Shown in pieces: positions 59,601 to 64,000 of a stretch of DNA of 64,000 nt. A program made the translations under genes and the position numbers. The stretch lies in NCBI GenBank assembly GCA_963924565.1, contig OZ004610.1, positions 10,354,001-10,418,000 of the forward strand. Reading direction: 5' to 3'. The notes under the pieces were generated by a model. It was given only the letters and a program-made list of their open reading frames with translations, did no database searches and was not told the DNA's origin. Numbering within the stretch: position 1 is the first letter of the stretch; each line of letters begins with the position of its first letter. Source of the DNA: Ascidiella aspersa. Lineage: Eukaryota.

Positions 59601-62600
59601 CATGTTGCACTTTTTTACATCCTACTTAATATACGGATATTATTAAGGTATTTTTGCAAACTGATGAATGACATGGTAATTTACACCTTTCAATACTTTC
59701 GCAGAATATATACACAGAGAAAGATGGAAAATCAAGTGAAGATGAAAAAAGCCAAGAGGAAGAGGCAGGATTGGACGAGTGGCCAGAAGAAACTTATGGT
59801 AAGACAAATAATTTCTTTTCAACGGCTTGTAGAATCAATGTAAAAATCTCAGCAAAGGTTGCTCAGTAAACACATACCTTGTTTATGCAGATGATGAGCA
59901 TTTCAACACAGACATGCGCATTCAAGCAGAGGCAGCATATGACCAAGCCAAAATTGATGAATTACAACCAAAGCAGCAAGACACAGTCACGAGAGTGCCA
60001 GTATGAGAATTGATTAACTCGCTGGTTACACTTTTTAGCAAACTAAATATAAGTTAAAAGTATTTAGGCTACTGCTCAGTACCGATGTATTTTCGTTTGA
60101 TTAGATCACAAACTACTTTTGTGATGAACGCTGATAGTAAATATATTATACCTTACGCTGTTTCACTGCCTTGTAACGTACTATTACCTGAATTATGATC
60201 AACTGAAAGTTAAATAAAAAAGGACCACCATTTGACCTTTTGTCACTTGTGTTTACGACCGACCATGTGGACAAAGCAAATACAACTTTTTCAGAGAATA
60301 GTTTAACTTTACTGGTGCCAAACATGTGTGATTGATTCTCACTCCCTTTATAAAGTCTGGGCAAACATGATAGCATTTTGTTTGAAATCACTGTGGTCAA
60401 CCACTCCTATCTCCACCGTTGTTGAAAAGTGTTATGTAGTTTGAATAAAACTGCTTAATGTTACGGGTCTTCTTCAGAAACTAAATAGGTAGTTAGTGCA
60501 CTTCACACTCACAGTTCCTGTTCGTTAAGGCTTAGAGCAGAAAAAGAAAGAGTTATTTTTAAAACTGCAACTGTTGTGTTACTTGTAGACACCAACACCC
60601 ATATCATCAAGATCTCCATCTCCGACTGAAAATAGTAAGTTCTCACAAGTTTAATATAAATGTTTACAATACTGGATGGTGTATAAATTAAGAATGCTGT
60701 TTTTGTGTACAGGCGCTGAACTTGGAAAGCTGTTCGAGACTGTTCCCAAAGTTAGTAAATATTGGTACTTTTGTGAAACAGTGTGTAAAATAGTGAATTG
60801 GTATACCTACCAAATATTTAAAGTACAGTACGTTTGTTTTTGCCAATATTAAAACTTGTTTATTTTTTATAATATTGAACGTTAAAATGAAATGTTTTAT
60901 TTTTGTATTTATTTATCCAATTGCACTCTTGAATATCACAATATTCGAGTTAAATTTATTACATTATATTTTGTTGAAATTCCTGATTACAGCAAGCTGT
61001 TCACTTTTCTTTTGATCTCACAGCACATCGTTAGTCGCAAAAACATTTTATCCCGTTCTCTACTTGTCAGCACACTGACATGTTGACTGGGAGAGTGACC
61101 GGTAGCAACAACGAAGATGCTCTATCCGAACAGCCACCAGATGCAGAGGATTGTTCAATGATTAGGGTCGAAATCAGGACGCCGCCTCCCCTTCCGGTCC
61201 GACGAATACCAACACCTGAGGTTCAGACCGTCGATATTGTAGAACCGCGACAAGAACTCGTTATACACGACCCAGAAGATGACTATTATTTTGAAAGGGT
61301 AAAATTACCGACATGCAATACAAGCTGATAGTTTTTGCCAGGCATCTTTTATTTGCAAATGTATTTTTCATTTCCTTTTCAGGGGTCAGAAGATGGAGAA
61401 GATTCGTTATTGGTTGAAGGTCAGTCAAAGGACATTTTTTTAATTTAAAATCGGACGTTTTTCGTGGATTTCAATCGCCATGTTTAGGTTTAAATTATTT
61501 TTTTTCTAACCCAGATGTTGACGACAACGTTGAAGATAAAAATAGGGAGGAATCAGACTTTGAAATTCAATTTAAGTGCCCCCCAGAGGAATTTGACAGG
61601 TTGTGCCTTGTTTTACCTTAAAAACATATTTTCAATGTGACCCAAATTCAACTGCCAATCATCCAGATATAAAGTTATGAATTTGTATAGATTGCTCCCG
61701 CGGCAATAAGGCCACACGAACGTTCATTTTTTTTTATGATTTACGTATTTTTAAAGATGTGATATTTTTTACTTGATAATTAAACCAACTTGTAATAAAA
61801 AATCCTTCAATCAACTTTTAATAAAATTATAATTTACAAATCTAACTTTTTTCAAAATTACAATGTTTACAATAACCGAAACGATCTATTCTAGTACCCT
61901 CGAAAATAAAATTAGAATTTACAATTCTATTTTTTGTCAATATTCTGAAACGCAAAATCTGCCAACATATCCTCTTTACCATTACAGTGCCCCAGTTTCC
62001 ATCTTAAAAACACCATCAATACAAAGAGAACGAAGTCTATCATCCAGAGTAACGTTTCAGTTTCCAGAGAAAGACAAGAAAATACAAAGCGAAGATGAAT
62101 CGGACGATATTGTGCCAGTTAGTGTAACCGCAAAAAGTGAAGAAATTGAGGGGAACAGTGAAAATAAAGAAGATGAGGTAATGCTTTGCCAAAGTTGTGT
62201 AAGTCATATACTTTTCCCTTGTAATAACTAAGGATAGGGTTCTACAATACCCATACGGTTTTACTAAGTCCATGTAAACAATAGAGTTTCCCAATAGTTA
62301 AACTAGCGTTTCTCAACCGGTGCGCCATGGAAGGCTGCCAGGTGCGCCGCGAGCAAAAGGAAAAAAATAATGTATAGGACTTATTATATAAAACATATAC
62401 TTTTTACGTTCCTATTGAGCTTAGCTCATTGATTCCACAAGCCTTTCAAGTAAAACCGCAAAAGGAGCTACAAAGCAACAATATCTAAATCAGATAATTA
62501 ATCTATAATAGGCTACCATAAGTAGGCTTATTAAGACCACCGACATAATAACGCAATTTCGCATTAATAACCACGACAGAATAAGACCTAAACATGTCGA

Positions 62601-64000
62601 AATAAGTTCAAAATTAATCGGAATAAGACTTAAATGACAAAATAACGTTTTTAGTCTTAAAGGCTTGAGTCCCTTAAAAAACTGCAGGCAATTTAAGAGA
62701 AATACAGGTACACCTCAAAAATTTCGCGTTCGCTTCGGACGCAAAGTGCGCCGCCACGTTTTCATACGTCTCTAGGTAAAAAAGTAAAAAAAAGTAAAAA
62801 AGGTTAAGAAACACTGAGTTAAACAGTAATAATCGTCCCGAAAAAACAAACAAAAAAAATCAACTGTAGAAAATCGCATAAAAATTTCTATAAAGGTCTT
62901 GTAAATAAAAGCGTGGACCCCTTTACACGCGTAAAAAACGACCATACATTTTTATTTTCAAATAACCAAACGCTTTCCTGCAAAACTGACCAGGTCCCGT
63001 TTCTTCCGATTGAAGTCAAAGAGGAGGAACCCGACGTTCCGGCAGAGGAACCGGAGCCGGAGCCCGTTAGGCAGGCCACACCTTCGCCAGAACCAACTCT
63101 GCCGAAAGTTACTAACGTCCGACCGCTGATCAGCAAACAACAGACTGTGGTGGGTTTGCGTTGCTGTCGGCGAAAGTTTTCGTCCGCTTATGTGTAAGAG
63201 GCTGTCGTCAATTTGGATGACCCTCAAACGCCACTTTCGTGCTCCTGCAGTGGGGTACAGCTGCGTTACTGCGCCCTAAGTGTTGTCACGAGTGCCCACC
63301 TAACTTGTAGTACAGTTTCTAACCCAGCGTCGCTGTGCTGAATATTGAAGGTTGGAAACGGTTATTGCCGCGTAGTTTGTTTTGACAAAGAACTTTCATG
63401 GGACGTAATACATTTATTTTCAAAGAAAATCATGATAATTTATTTTGTTAAACATAGTGCTTTTTTATGGTAAAATATTGGTTTATAATGTTAGGCTATA
63501 AAGCATTGACAACAGAACTTATTTAAAGACTCTAATAGGAGAGGTACATATGTGAGTAAATAATTTACCGCTTTTGGAGTTTACTGACCTTCTGATGTAA
63601 GGTACAGGCGAGTGTCCGATGCTACACTATGCTCACTTAGCTGTGTCAACAAAACCGCGTAATCCTACTTCAAATGCAAGAAGGCATAGATCAGTCAGGA
63701 ACCGAAAGAGGGTGCTCTTCCCTTTAAAATATTCGTAGACATTTTGTCCAGTACAGCTTAGTCAAAAAGGCCACTGAGCGTGTCACTGGCCATTTAAAAT
63801 GGTAAATGTTAGTATTAGAGTAAGACATTCCTGATGGGCTTGGTGATTTAAAAACGTTAGCATTTTTAATTGTTATGCACTCCTGAGTTTTTGAACTTTT
63901 CCATTAGTTACACATTTACTTACGTTCTTTATTTTTGTACGTGTTTTAAGGTTATAGAGACGCCCAAAAAGGTTGAAGTTCAACCTCCAGTCCTTCTTTA
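56636..64000 (+). CDS. Uncharacterised multi-exon protein (basic RPxSA-type N-terminal half, acidic/Pro-rich C-terminal half); 3' end probably outside the window
   Basis: Exons from ATG 56636-56760, 56943-57148, 57206-~57317, ~57458-57552, ~57932-58033, ~58310-58484, ~58550-58650, ~58732-58816, ~59705-59798 are phase-consistent. Further small exons run to ~62992-63149 and 63951 onward; these were not fully phase-checked. No recognisable domain. Confidence 0.75.
59136..59481. mobile_element. hAT-type MITE in an intron
   Basis: cagtggttattgacc / ggttgagaaccactc; TSD ggctagat/ggctagaa. Confidence 0.65.
62304..62816 (-). mobile_element. hAT-type MITE (family of 7894-8204, opposite orientation)
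   Basis: tagcgtttctcaaccggtgcgcc ... gtgcgccgccacgtttt.atacgtctctaggt ... ggttaagaaacactg; perfect TSD agttaaac. Confidence 0.85.

Overview
AT-rich, compact, intron-rich animal DNA. An invertebrate chordate such as an ascidian is most likely, inferred from chordate-like proteins, many 60-90 nt introns and abundant hAT-type MITEs. Seven protein-coding genes were reconstructed by hand from GT/GC-AG junctions: a MYEF2/hnRNP M-like triple-RRM protein (-, 744-6368), TMEM68 (+, 13783-17385), a MAK/ICK (CILK1) ciliary kinase (+, 19737-30711), an L3MBTL-type MBT/C2HC/SAM protein (-, 34044-~42782), PUF60 (+, 43791-47694), Elongin C (-, 49189-51916) and an unidentified acidic, low-complexity gene with an RFX X-box (+, 56636 to the window end). 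Five main signals are not explained by the ORF track. (1) Four paralogous box C/D snoRNAs sit in introns of the MYEF2/hnRNP M gene, each with a 12-nt guide to 18S rRNA (A1383, human numbering) and a shorter second guide (C1336). (2) The MAK/ICK kinase has two alternative first coding exons that duplicate the Gly-rich loop, one with Tyr15 and one with Phe. (3) PUF60 has a candidate poison exon behind a 155-nt AG-exclusion zone, carrying a U1-like sequence complementary to its own donor. (4) An 8-nt microexon builds RNP1 of the hnRNP M-like RRM1, with a possible second 8-nt partner. (5) The longer genes switch from CpG-poor 5' parts to CpG-rich 3' parts. The window also holds nested MITEs, a solo LTR and a short insertion apparently copied from the L3MBTL exon. 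All calls are by eye; no database searches were run.
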